Positions 37,124 through 49,316 of a DNA stretch of 64,000 nt are shown here, piece after piece (positions within the stretch are counted from its first letter, which is position 1; each line of letters begins with the position of its first letter). This stretch comes from an uncultured Candidatus Binatia bacterium (GTDB lineage Bacteria > Desulfobacterota > Binatia > Bin18). The position numbers and the translations under genes were made by a program. The notes below the pieces were generated by a model. That model was not told where the DNA came from. It made no database searches and worked only from the letters and a program-made list of their open reading frames with translations. The stretch is from assembly GCA_965242605.1 (NCBI GenBank), contig CBDESS010000001.1, forward strand, positions 20,910-84,909, in the 5' to 3' direction.

Positions 37124-39033
37124 AGCGTCTCCTCCTCAGCAACGATCGCTGGCCGGGGTGGGGCTAAGCTCAGGCGGTAGAGCGGCTGGGCGGTGTGGGG
37201 GTCGTACTGCACAGCCTGGCCGACAACATAGCCGCTGCCGGTTGTGGTCACCTGCCAGCCGTATCGCTCGGCGGTGCGCAGAGCTTCGCGCAGGCTGAGA
37301 CCCAGGAAATTGGGCCGACCGGCGTGAACCGGGGCGGGCGGGCGGGCGGGCTGAACCGGGAGCGTTCTAGCCTCAACGCCCAGCGCGGCCAGTGCCTGGC
37401 CGGCAATAGCCCGAAAAACCGGCACGGCGACCTGACCGCCATAATATCCATCCAGGCTCGGTTCATCAACCACAACCGCGATCACCAGCCGCGGCGCGTC
37501 GGCCGGCACAATGCCGACAAAGGAGGCAATATGCGCCTGGGCCGAGTATTTGCCCTCGGCATCAAGTTTCTGGCTCGTTCCGGTCTTGCCGGCGACCCGA
37601 AAGCCTTCAAGCCGTGCTCGCCAGCCGGTCCCATCGGGTTGAACCACATCCTTGAGCAGTCCGACAACCTGTTTTGCCGTCTCAGGCCGGACCGCCTGCC
37701 AGACGTGCTGCGAACGGTTGACCCGCGGCACCGTCCCGTTGCTATCCCGGATCTCCTGAACAACATACGGCCGCATCAGCACCCCATCGTTCGCCAGGGT
37801 AGCAAATGCGGCGGCCATCTGCAGGGGGGTGACCGCCACGCCATAGCCGAAACTCGTCGTGGCCAGGGTGATGGACGACCATTTCCGAGCCGTGGGCAGC
37901 AAACCTGGGCTCTCGGCCGGCAGATCAATGCCACTGGTCTGACCCAGGCCAAAAGCGCGCAGATAGCGGGAGTAGGTCTGTTGACCAAGCCGTTGGACGA
38001 CCTTGACCACACCGACATTGCTCGAGTGTTTGATGACCTCGGCAAAGCTCAGCCAGCCGTGCGGCCGATCGTCATGGATCGTATGCCGTCCGATCCGATA
38101 CTGCCCGTGTTCACAAAAAATCTGCTCCTCAGGGTCTACCAGCCGGCTGTCCAGAACAGCCGCGGCCAGCAGCACCTTCAGGGTCGAGCCGGGCTCGTAG
38201 ACCTCACTGACCGCCCGATTGCGACGGGCCGCATACGCCGCGGCCGCCGGGGTATGGGGATCAAAGCTCGGCACTTGGGCCATGGCCAAGACGGCAAAGC
38301 TGCGGGGATCAAGAATAACGACCGTGCCGGCCTTGGCCGCGTGCGCCTCAACCGCCCGGGCAAGCTCTTGCTCGGCGATGTATTGGAGTCCAGCGTCGAG
38401 GCTGAGACGGACCTCAAAGGTCTGGCTCTGCCCGTCTCCCACCCCGTGGGCAAAAATCATCCGGCCAAAGGCGTCACGCAGCCCGGTCAACTCGGCCGGC
38501 CGGCCGCGCAGATAGTGGTCATAGACCCGTTCTACACCGGCGAGCCCCTTGGCATCGATATCGGTGAAGCCGAGCAACGGCGCGGCCAAACTGCCCTGCG
38601 GATAGACCCGCCGTTCACTCTGGTGACTGCCAATCCCGGCAATAGCCAAGCTGCGGACCTCGGCCGCCAGCTGAGGCGAGGCCCGACGTCGTAACCAGAC
38701 AAACGGGGCCGGTGTTCTCAGCAGTTGAGCCACCCGCGGAGTCGGCAGTTGCAGGGCTGCGGCCAGAGTTGGCAGCCGTTCATCAATCCCGTCCGGCAGC
38801 TGGCCGGGGTGGACAAAAAGGGACTCGGCCGACACGCTCAGGGCTAGCAGCTTCCCGTTCCGGTCAACAATCGTCCCCCGCTGCGAGGTCCAGCGAATCC
38901 GCTTGTGGTGCTGACTGGCCGCCCGGTCGGCCAACTCCCGGTGTTGGATAACCGTCAGTTGAACCAGCCGGCCAGCCACCAACACGAGGCCGAACCCAAT
39001 ACACAGCGCGGCGGCCCACAACCGTTTTTCCAT
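37120..39033 (-). CDS. ftsI: Peptidoglycan D,D-transpeptidase FtsI (class B PBP)
   Basis: N-terminal TM, PBP dimerisation region, transpeptidase motifs (STLK, SSN, KTGT). Confidence 0.85.
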   Translation of the reverse strand: MEKRLWAAALCIGFGLVLVAGRLVQLTVIQHRELADRAASQHHKRIRWTSQRGTIVDRNGKLLALSVSAESLFVHPGQLPDGIDERLPTLAAALQLPTPRVAQLLRTPAPFVWLRRRASPQLAAEVRSLAIAGIGSHQSERRVYPQGSLAAPLLGFTDIDAKGLAGVERVYDHYLRGRPAELTGLRDAFGRMIFAHGVGDGQSQTFEVRLSLDAGLQYIAEQELARAVEAHAAKAGTVVILDPRSFAVLAMAQVPSFDPHTPAAAAYAARRNRAVSEVYEPGSTLKVLLAAAVLDSRLVDPEEQIFCEHGQYRIGRHTIHDDRPHGWLSFAEVIKHSSNVGVVKVVQRLGQQTYSRYLRAFGLGQTSGIDLPAESPGLLPTARKWSSITLATTSFGYGVAVTPLQMAAAFATLANDGVLMRPYVVQEIRDSNGTVPRVNRSQHVWQAVRPETAKQVVGLLKDVVQPDGTGWRARLEGFRVAGKTGTSQKLDAEGKYSAQAHIASFVGIVPADAPRLVIAVVVDEPSLDGYYGGQVAVPVFRAIAGQALAALGVEARTLPVQPARPPAPVHAGRPNFLGLSLREALRTAERYGWQVTTTGSGYVVGQAVQYDPHTAQPLYRLSLAPPRPAIVAEEETL

Positions 39034-39042
39034 CCTCCCTCC

Positions 39043-39369
39043 TCATGGTCCCTGCCGGACAGCCGTGAGCCGCCTGACCTGGCCGGCTTGGGGCACGCTG
39101 AGTCCCAACCGTTGGCGCGCCAGCCGGGCAAGACGGCCCGATGCCGTCAGCCTACTCCACTCGGCTTCGAGGCTGCGCTGCTCAGCCTCAAGCGTTTGCA
39201 ACAGGTGTCGCGTGTTGGACAGCGCGTAACCGGTCGCCACGACTTGCAGGCGGGTCCAGATCTGGGCGCAGACCAAGCCTACGCCGAGCAGGACGACAAG
39301 ACCATAGCCCAGCCACTGACGCGCAGGACTCGAATGCGGCATACTGTCCTCCCTCTCTCCACTAGCCAT
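39043..39369 (-). CDS. ftsL: Cell division protein FtsL-like (septum formation initiator)
   Basis: Small bitopic protein with a TM then a coiled-coil ('LEAEQRSLEAEWSRL'). Position between rsmH and ftsI; overlaps the rsmH stop. Confidence 0.6.
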   Translation of the reverse strand: MASGEREDSMPHSSPARQWLGYGLVVLLGVGLVCAQIWTRLQVVATGYALSNTRHLLQTLEAEQRSLEAEWSRLTASGRLARLARQRLGLSVPQAGQVRRLTAVRQGP

Positions 39370-40339
39370 ATCGTTCTACCGCACGCAGCCGCGCACTCCG
39401 AGAACGCGGGTTGTCGGCCACTTCCTGCCGGGATGGGGTCAACGGTCTTGGTGTCAGGATTTTCACCTTCGGAGACCAGCCACAGGTACACAGCGTGAGC
39501 CGGGGCGGACACACACACGAGGCGGCCCAGCGCCGAAAGGCGGTTTTGACCAGACGGTCTTCCAAAGAATGGTAGGCCAGGATGACCAGCCTGCCGCCCG
39601 GCTTCAGCAGGCGATAGCCGTCGGCCAAAAATGTGGACAGGTGGCTGAGTTCATGGTTCACCGCAATCCGCAGGGCCTGAAACACCCGGGTGGCCGGATG
39701 GGCGGGAGAGCGGGCCGAGCGGGACGGCCGTTTGATGACCTGCTCAATCGTCCGAGCCAGGGCGGTGGTGGTAGTGAACGGGGCCTTTTTGCGCGCCTCA
39801 ACCACGGCCCGGGCCAGCGCGCCAGCGGCCGGCTCCTCGCCCCACTGACGAAAGATCTGACGCAGCTCGGCCTGGTTGGCACGGTTCACCACATCGGCCG
39901 CGCAGCGCTGTTCGGCCTGATCCATACGCATATCAAGCGGCCCAGCGCGCAGAAAGCTAAAGCCCCGCCCGGCGTTATCAAGTTGCAGCGAGGAAAAGCC
40001 CAGGTCGAGCACCGCGGCGTCAACGCCTGACCAACCCAGTCGGGCCAGGGTCGCCAGCGCTTGGCTGAAATTGGCCTGGACGAGGGTAATACGGGCGATC
40101 CAGTCGGCGAGATGCCGCCGGGCCACCACCAAGGCTTCGCCGTCCCGGTCAAGCCCCAGCAGCCTGCCGTTCGGTCCGATTGTGGCTAACACCGCGGCGG
40201 CGTGCCCACCGCCGCCCAGGGTGCCATCCAGCACATCGGCGTTAGGCCGTAGCCGCAGCTGGGCGAGCGTCTCCTCAAGCATCACCGGCAGGTGGCCTGA
40301 GACAGGGGCGCAAGACTGGCTGGCACATACCGTTTCCAT
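39362..40339 (-). CDS. rsmH: 16S rRNA (cytosine1402-N4)-methyltransferase RsmH (MraW)
   Basis: 'HLPVMLEE', 'DGTLGGGGHA', 'GVDAAVLDLGFSS' motifs. Start set at the ATG at 40339. Confidence 0.85.
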   Translation of the reverse strand: METVCASQSCAPVSGHLPVMLEETLAQLRLRPNADVLDGTLGGGGHAAAVLATIGPNGRLLGLDRDGEALVVARRHLADWIARITLVQANFSQALATLARLGWSGVDAAVLDLGFSSLQLDNAGRGFSFLRAGPLDMRMDQAEQRCAADVVNRANQAELRQIFRQWGEEPAAGALARAVVEARKKAPFTTTTALARTIEQVIKRPSRSARSPAHPATRVFQALRIAVNHELSHLSTFLADGYRLLKPGGRLVILAYHSLEDRLVKTAFRRWAASCVCPPRLTLCTCGWSPKVKILTPRPLTPSRQEVADNPRSRSARLRAVERYG

Positions 40340-40488
40340 GACGCCTGTATACTGACACGAGTGAATGTAGGGCTGTCGGGGGCACCGAGGGGAAGAAGGG
40401 CCGAACCGAAACGCGGTTCCGTAGATAACCCGTGGCACCCGTCAGACACTGCCGCTCCGCAACCTCCCAGTCCTGCCGATCGTCCCTA

Positions 40489-40503
40489 TGACGATAATCG
40501 TCA
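40489..40503. promoter_or_regulatory. Perfect palindrome TGACGAT-A-ATCGTCA in the dcw-cluster leader (candidate operator)
   Basis: Read directly; it lies ~150 bp upstream of rsmH in a 350-bp leader that lacks mraZ. Confidence 0.25.
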
Positions 40504-40690
40504 GGGTTTTGCCTGTCAAGTAAAAATCCTTAGGAAACTCAAGCAGTTTGCCCCGATGTGACCAGCATTGACTCAGCCCTGCGGCTCCGATACATCTTTG
40601 CTCTGAGCAGCTAAGGATTCGTCACGAGGAAAGCTGTTGCCTGGACCGTGCTTACCACCGTCCGGGCGTTTTTTGGTTTTGGAACACCCC

Positions 40691-41851
40691 ATGCAAAAAC
40701 GGTATTTGCTAACCCCCGGGCCGACCCAGGTTCCGCCCGAGGTCCTGCTGCGCATGTCGCAGCCGATAATCCATCACCGCAGCCCGGAATTCAGTCGGCT
40801 GTTTGCCGAGGTCCAAACCGGGTTGCGCTGGTTGTTTCAAACCGGCCAAGATGTTCTCATCCTGGCCGCCTCCGGCACCGGGGCAATGGAGGCGGCGGTC
40901 TTCAATACCTGTTCGGCCGGGGACAGCGTACTGGTTATTAACGGCGGCAAATTCGGCCAGCGGTGGCTGAAAATCTGTCAGGCGGCCGGCCTCGCAGTCA
41001 TTGAAATCCAGGTGGAGTGGGGCCGGGCGGTAGCCGTTGAGGCGGTGGCCCGGGTGCTTGCTCAGCATCCTGAGGTGCGGGCCGTCTTGGTCCAGGCCAG
41101 CGAGACCTCAACCACCGTGCTGCATCCCGTCCAGGACCTCGCGCGTCTGACCCGCCACACCGACCGCCTGCTGATCGTTGACGCGATTACCGCGCTTGGC
41201 GCGACCGCGGTGCCGATGGACGACTGGGGGATTGATATTCTGGTCGCCGGTTCGCAAAAAGCCCTCATGCTGCCGCCGGGCCTCGCCTTTGTGGCTCTCA
41301 GCGTCAAAGCTTGGCGGCGGACTGCCGCGGCCGGCCTGCCGCGTTTCTATTTTGACCTGCAACGGGAGCGCCAAGCCCAACACCACCACACGACCGCTTA
41401 CACTCCGGCCGTTTCGCTGATTGTCGGCCTGCACGAGGTCCTGCGCCTGCTACGGCATGAAGGCTTCGTCCCGCTGTACGCCCGGCACGCGCGTCTGGCT
41501 CAGGCAACCCGGACCGCAGCCCAGGCGCTGGGTCTGCGCTTACTCGCGCCCGAACACCCCAGTCCGGCGGCGACCGGGGTGTGGCTGCCTCCTGAGGTGA
41601 ACGGCGACCGGCTGCTGAACGCCATGCGCACTCACATGGGGGTTGATATTGCGGGCGGCCAGGATCAGCTAAGCGGGAAAATTGTTCGGATCTCCCATAT
41701 CGGCTATGCTGGCCCCTTTGACGTGCTTACCGCCATCAGCGCTCTGGAGATGGCCTTGGGCGCGTTTGGCTGTGATATCGAACTCGGGTGCGGCGTTCGG
41801 GCCGCCCAAGAAATCCTGATGACGGGCTGGCCCGATCTGAACCAAGCCTAA
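40691..41851 (+). CDS. Class V (AGXT-like) pyridoxal-phosphate aminotransferase, likely serine--glyoxylate / phosphoserine aminotransferase partner of serA
   Basis: 'LLTPGPTQVP' N-terminus typical of AGXT-family aminotransferases; immediately upstream of serA. Confidence 0.7.
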   Translation: MQKRYLLTPGPTQVPPEVLLRMSQPIIHHRSPEFSRLFAEVQTGLRWLFQTGQDVLILAASGTGAMEAAVFNTCSAGDSVLVINGGKFGQRWLKICQAAGLAVIEIQVEWGRAVAVEAVARVLAQHPEVRAVLVQASETSTTVLHPVQDLARLTRHTDRLLIVDAITALGATAVPMDDWGIDILVAGSQKALMLPPGLAFVALSVKAWRRTAAAGLPRFYFDLQRERQAQHHHTTAYTPAVSLIVGLHEVLRLLRHEGFVPLYARHARLAQATRTAAQALGLRLLAPEHPSPAATGVWLPPEVNGDRLLNAMRTHMGVDIAGGQDQLSGKIVRISHIGYAGPFDVLTAISALEMALGAFGCDIELGCGVRAAQEILMTGWPDLNQA

Positions 41852-41898
41852 GGCAGAGGCGAGACACCTCCGGCACACGGTCGAAACAGAGCAAACCT

Positions 41899-43488
41899 AT
41901 GGGTTCCAAGGTCCTCATCACCGATTCCCTCGCTCCACAAGGTCTGGATCGGTTGCAGTCCTATCCCGATCTGGAAGTCGAGGTACGGTCCGAGCTGTCC
42001 GCGGCTGAGCTTATCCAACACATCCCGGCCTACCAGGCCTTAATTATTCGCAGCGGCACAAAAGTCACCCCCCAGGTTATTGCCGCTGCCAGCCAACTCC
42101 AGGTTATCGGGCGGGCCGGGATCGGGGTCGATAATATCGCGGTCGAAGCGGCGACCAAACAGGGGATTGTGGTCATGAATACGCCGGGCGGGAATAATGT
42201 GACCACCGCCGAGCACGCGATCTCCATGATGCTGGCCCTAGCCCGGAATATCCCCCAGGCCAACGCCTCAATTCGAGCCGGACGCTGGGAGCGGGCCAAG
42301 TTCACCGGCAGCGAGGTGTGCAATAAGACGCTCGGCATCATCGGCCTCGGCAATATCGGAGCGATTGTGGCCGAACGGGCGCTGGGGCTGCGAATGCAGG
42401 TGATCGGCTACGACCCGTTTATCACCCCGGAGACCGCGGCCAAGCTGCGGATTGAGCTCGTCAGTCTGGACGAACTGTACGTTCAGGCCGACTTTATCAC
42501 CATCCATACCCCGTTGACCGAAGAAACCCGGGGGCTGCTCGACCAGGCCGCCTTCAGCCAGATGAAGACCGGGGTGCGGATTATCAACTGTGCGCGGGGT
42601 GGGATTCTTGACGAACAGGCGCTGCTGGCCGCCCTCCAGAACGGCTGCGTTGCCGGGGCCGCCCTTGATGTCTTTGTCGAAGAGCCGCCGCCGGCCTCCC
42701 ACCCCTTGCTCCAGCTCGACAATGTCATCTGCACCCCACATCTGGGCGCGGCCACCGACGAAGCCCGGATCAATGTCGCAGTGGCGATTGCCGACCAGGT
42801 CGCCAACTATCTGAGCCGGGGCGTGATTCAGCACGCGGTCAACTTTCCCTCGTTGACGCCAAAACTGATCACCTTTCTCCAGCCCTACCTGTTGCTAGGC
42901 GAAAAACTGGGCAGCTTTTTAGCCCAGTTGAGCGGCGAAGCGCCGTTGGAAGTCCACATTGAATATACCGGTGATCTGACCAACTACGACGTGGCCCCGG
43001 CCACCGCCGCGGTCCTGCGCGGGCTGCTCAGCCCGATTCTGGAATCCAGCGTCAACTATGTGAACGCCCCGCATATCGCGCGTGAGCGGGGCGTGCGGGT
43101 GGTGGAGTCACGCAGCAATCGGCCCAGCGATTTCTTCAACTCCATCACCGTCAGCGTTGTGAGCACGGGCGGTGCCAACACGGTCGAGGGAGCGGTCTTC
43201 ACCAACAATGTAGTCCGGCTGGTGCGGGTCAATACGTCCTATCTCGAAGCCGTACCCGAAGGGCATATCATTGTCCTGCACAACCACGACGTGCCGGGCG
43301 TGGTCGGCAGTGTAGGAACGGTCCTCGGGCAGCACCGGATCAACATCGCCGGGCTCGAACTGGGGCGCGAACGAGCCGGCGGCCAAGCCCTGGCCCTCGT
43401 CCATGTTGACACCCATGTTTCGGCCGGGGTCTTAAACGAACTGCGCAGCCTGGAGTCGGTCATCTCGGCCCAGCAGCTCCATCTATAG
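41899..43488 (+). CDS. serA: D-3-phosphoglycerate dehydrogenase (long form with ASB + ACT domains)
   Basis: 'KVLITD' N-terminus, NAD Rossmann 'GIIGLGNIG', catalytic 'NCARGG' and 'HLGA', C-terminal ACT-like region. Confidence 0.85.
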   Translation: MGSKVLITDSLAPQGLDRLQSYPDLEVEVRSELSAAELIQHIPAYQALIIRSGTKVTPQVIAAASQLQVIGRAGIGVDNIAVEAATKQGIVVMNTPGGNNVTTAEHAISMMLALARNIPQANASIRAGRWERAKFTGSEVCNKTLGIIGLGNIGAIVAERALGLRMQVIGYDPFITPETAAKLRIELVSLDELYVQADFITIHTPLTEETRGLLDQAAFSQMKTGVRIINCARGGILDEQALLAALQNGCVAGAALDVFVEEPPPASHPLLQLDNVICTPHLGAATDEARINVAVAIADQVANYLSRGVIQHAVNFPSLTPKLITFLQPYLLLGEKLGSFLAQLSGEAPLEVHIEYTGDLTNYDVAPATAAVLRGLLSPILESSVNYVNAPHIARERGVRVVESRSNRPSDFFNSITVSVVSTGGANTVEGAVFTNNVVRLVRVNTSYLEAVPEGHIIVLHNHDVPGVVGSVGTVLGQHRINIAGLELGRERAGGQALALVHVDTHVSAGVLNELRSLESVISAQQLHL

Positions 43489-43528
43489 CCCAATTTCCGA
43501 ACAGGAACTTCTGTGAAGAGAACGAGGA

Positions 43529-43993
43529 TTGAACATGGAAGCGATACCACCTGAACTCATCTGGTTGATTCTGGGTATCTCGCTTATGCTGGCGGAGTTT
43601 GTCCTGCCGGGACTCATTGCCATCTTCTTCGGCCTCGGTGCATTGGTGGTGGGTCTCTCGCTCTGGGCGGGGATGCCGGGAGATGGCCCGCTGCCCTTTG
43701 TTGTGTTCTCCGGTGTGTCGGTTGGTTCATTGCTGCTGTTGCGCGGATTGTTCAAGCCGTGGTTTACAGGCCGGTCCCTCGGCGTGCAGGTCACGGGCGA
43801 AGACGACGATTTTGTCGGTCGCAAGGCCGAGGTAGTGTCCGGATTCGACGCCTCGCGAATTTCCAGCGGGAGAATTATCTATCGCGGCACTCAGTGGGAG
43901 GCCCGCGCTGCGGATGGTTGCGCTTTGGAAATCGGCTCTCAGGTGCGGATCGTCGGTCGTAAAGGTTCAGTTTTGATAATAGACGAGGACTAA
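43529..43993 (+). CDS. NfeD-family membrane protein (short form, C-terminal OB-fold)
   Basis: Two or three TM helices then an OB-fold-like C-terminus; immediately upstream of an SPFH gene. Confidence 0.7.
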   Translation: MNMEAIPPELIWLILGISLMLAEFVLPGLIAIFFGLGALVVGLSLWAGMPGDGPLPFVVFSGVSVGSLLLLRGLFKPWFTGRSLGVQVTGEDDDFVGRKAEVVSGFDASRISSGRIIYRGTQWEARAADGCALEIGSQVRIVGRKGSVLIIDED

Positions 43994-43997
43994 GAAC

Positions 43998-44936
43998 ATG
44001 GACATATCTCTCGTTCTCTCCCTGGGTTTGGCAATAGTGGTCATTGTCACCATCGTCAAGACAGCGCGCGTGGTGCCCCAGAGAGAACAATTTGTGATTG
44101 AGCGACTGGGCAAATATTCACGCATCCTGGACGCCGGCTTCCACATACTCATTCCGTTCCTAGACAAGGTGGCGTACCGTCACTCCCTGAAAGAACAGGC
44201 GGTGGACGTAGCGTCCCAGACTTGCATAACCCGGGACAACATCTCAGTATCTATCGACGGCATCCTGTATATGCAGGTGGTGGACGCCCGTGCCGCCAGC
44301 TATGGCATTGAAAATTACGCTTTCGCCGCATCCCAGTTGACTCAGACAACACTCCGTTCGGAAATCGGCAAACTTGAGTTGGACAGGACTTTCGAGGAGC
44401 GCGACTCCATCAACGCCCAGGTAGTGGACGTGGTTGACCGGGCATCAGAGCCTTGGGGAGTGAAAGTTCTCCGGTACGAGATCAAAGACATAGTGCCCCC
44501 GGCCTCCGTCAAAGATGCCTTGGAAAAGCAGATGCGGGCCGAACGGGAGCGACGGGCTGTGGTGGCTCAGTCTGAGGGCGAACGTCAGGCTAAGATCAAC
44601 GTGTCCGAAGGCGATATGCGGCAGGTAATCAACCTGTCGGAAGCGGAGAAGCAGAAGCAAATCAACGAAGCGGAAGGTAAGGCCCGAGAGATCACCCTGA
44701 TCGCGCAAGCCACGGCTGACGGTTTACGAAGTATCGCCGAAGCCATCAGTCAGCCGAGCGGCATCGACGCGGTGAACCTGCGTGTTGCCGAGCACTACGT
44801 CAGGGAATTCGGGAAACTGGCCCGGACCAACAACACCCTGATCCTCCCGTCCAACCTCGGAGACATAGGCTCTCTGGTAGGCACGATCATGAAAACCGTT
44901 GAACGCATCAAGACGCACGCTGATGACTCGGGTTGA
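43998..44936 (+). CDS. SPFH/Band-7 (stomatin/slipin-like) protein
   Basis: N-terminal TM then an SPFH domain ('VVPQREQFVIERLGKY', 'SQTCITRDN') and a coiled-coil tail. Confidence 0.8.
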   Translation: MDISLVLSLGLAIVVIVTIVKTARVVPQREQFVIERLGKYSRILDAGFHILIPFLDKVAYRHSLKEQAVDVASQTCITRDNISVSIDGILYMQVVDARAASYGIENYAFAASQLTQTTLRSEIGKLELDRTFEERDSINAQVVDVVDRASEPWGVKVLRYEIKDIVPPASVKDALEKQMRAERERRAVVAQSEGERQAKINVSEGDMRQVINLSEAEKQKQINEAEGKAREITLIAQATADGLRSIAEAISQPSGIDAVNLRVAEHYVREFGKLARTNNTLILPSNLGDIGSLVGTIMKTVERIKTHADDSG

Positions 44937-44985
44937 CCTGTGACAGCGGACCGGTAGCCATCCCTAGGTGTATTTTCCGACATAG

Positions 44986-47377
<2,392 letters not shown>

Positions 47378-47478
47378 TCGGTAGGGCGATGAGAGTTGCA
47401 GAGAGGCGGGCGGCTTGACTGCAGGAAGAAGAAGGCAGGCGGGCAGGAGGGTACCGGCGGGCCCAGGAGGGCTAAGGT

Positions 47479-48132
47479 TCAGGCGTCAACCGTCTCGCCT
47501 GATAGCGCTACCCCGTCCAGATGATCGGTATCGTTCACATAGTGGATCAGCACACCGCCGGCCGCGGTCAGGGTCACTTTGCTCAGGCCGGTATTGCCAA
47601 TTTTGTCGATCTTGCGGAACTGGCTCATATCCAAACCGCGACAGTGCAGCAGAAACGCCCGGACCGCGCCGCCGTGGGTCACGACCGCCACCTGCTGCCC
47701 GGCGTGCCTCTTGACCAACGCCTGGGCGGCACTGAGCAGCCGGCCTTGAAAATGGGCGAAGGTTTCGCCCCCGCCACGCGGCAGGTCTTCGCCCGCCCGC
47801 AGCCGTTCCCACTCTTCAGGATGGCGGGCAATGACCTCGCCGGTCCGCAGCCCGCTCCAGGTGCCGATATTCATCTCTCGCCAGCCGGTCTCAACGGTCG
47901 GCTCAACCCCTAAGGTCTGGCCAAGAATCGCCGCCGTATCCACCGCTCGGATCAGATCGCTGGTGTAAATTGCCCGGACCGACTGCTTTTCCTGCCACAG
48001 CCGCCGGGCCAGCCGCCAAGACTGCGCCCGGCCGCTTTCACTCAGCGGTATGTCGGCCTGGCCCTGCCAACGGTTTTCCTGATTCCACACCGTCTCTCCG
48101 TGCCGGACTAAGAGTATGCGTACCCCCTCCAT
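47479..48132 (-). CDS. Histidine phosphatase family protein (phosphoglycerate mutase / CobC-like)
   Basis: 'LVRHGETVWN' catalytic RHG motif. Confidence 0.75.
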   Translation of the reverse strand: MEGVRILLVRHGETVWNQENRWQGQADIPLSESGRAQSWRLARRLWQEKQSVRAIYTSDLIRAVDTAAILGQTLGVEPTVETGWREMNIGTWSGLRTGEVIARHPEEWERLRAGEDLPRGGGETFAHFQGRLLSAAQALVKRHAGQQVAVVTHGGAVRAFLLHCRGLDMSQFRKIDKIGNTGLSKVTLTAAGGVLIHYVNDTDHLDGVALSGETVDA

Positions 48133-48348
48133 TGCTCTCCTCGTGGCGCAGATTCGTCAGGCTCGTGTTGACGGCCCGCCCTGGTTTCGAGCGGTGTTAG
48201 CATGTCCGGCCTTGGATTGCCAGATTGGCGGCTGAGGCTGACCCCCGCCTAGCCGGCCTCGGCGGCCTTCTCTTGACCGAAAAGGTGAACGATGCTCTCT
48301 TCTCTGTCAGCTTGTGCCAGTTGAGCGCTTCACGAGGAGGGACGGAGT

Positions 48349-49236
48349 ATGCAATACGGTGCCTTTTTGCCCCATATCGGTCCGCTGTCCGGGGGCGATG
48401 TGCTCAATAATATTCGGACCACCGCCCAAACGGCCGAAGCCCTTGGCTACGATTCCGTGTGGGTGGGCGACCATATCGTCACCCCGCTGCATATTGCCTC
48501 AAAATATCCGTATACCGCCAGCGGCGCGTTTCCGATTGACCCGCACGCGCCCATCCTTGAGCCGCTGACGGTTTTGAGCTTTGCCGCGGCCTGTACCACC
48601 ACAATCCGGCTCGGCACAGCAGTCCTGGTCCTGCCCCATCGGAATGCGGTGGTCACTGCCAAGACCGTTGCAACCCTCGATGTGCTGTCCGCCGGACGGG
48701 TCATCCTGGGGGTCGGTGTGGGCTGGATGGAGGAAGAGTTCGGTGCCCTGAACGCCCCGTTTGCCGACCGCGGGCCGCTGAGCGATGAGAGTGTGGCGGT
48801 CATGAAAGCGTTGTGGACCAAAGACAGCGCGAGTTTCTCGGGGCGCTTTCACCAGTTCCCGGAGTTGTGTTGTGAGCCTCGGCCGGTCCAACAGCCCCAC
48901 CCGCCGATCTGGCTAGGCGGGGATACCGGGCCGGCCCTGCGCCGGATTGTTGAATACGGCGACGGCTGGGCCGCGGTGGTGTTCAGCCCTGAGGAGTTTG
49001 GCCAGCGGGTGGAGAAACTCAGAGACAGGGCGGCCCGGGCCGGACGGGATATGTCCACGATTACCCTGTGCGTGTCGCCCCGCGGCAAACGGCCCGAGGC
49101 AATTGTCGACGACATTCCTCGCTACCAGGAGTTGGGAGCGACCTATCTGTACTTGGCTTTTTTCAATTTTGCCCATAGCTATGAAGAAATGGCCGAGATG
49201 ATGGAGCGCTTTGCTCGGGAGGTCAAGCTGATCTAG
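48349..49236 (+). CDS. LLM-class (luciferase-like) flavin/F420-dependent oxidoreductase
   Basis: TIM-barrel LLM motifs ('GYDSVWVGDH', 'RLGTAVLVLPHRN'). Confidence 0.75.
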   Translation: MQYGAFLPHIGPLSGGDVLNNIRTTAQTAEALGYDSVWVGDHIVTPLHIASKYPYTASGAFPIDPHAPILEPLTVLSFAAACTTTIRLGTAVLVLPHRNAVVTAKTVATLDVLSAGRVILGVGVGWMEEEFGALNAPFADRGPLSDESVAVMKALWTKDSASFSGRFHQFPELCCEPRPVQQPHPPIWLGGDTGPALRRIVEYGDGWAAVVFSPEEFGQRVEKLRDRAARAGRDMSTITLCVSPRGKRPEAIVDDIPRYQELGATYLYLAFFNFAHSYEEMAEMMERFAREVKLI

Positions 49237-49316
49237 CCCGGCATATGCCACAGGTGAAGTCGCCCAAAGCAGCCCGGCAGACGACACGCGGTCCTCGATC
49301 ATCCATAAGGAGTATC

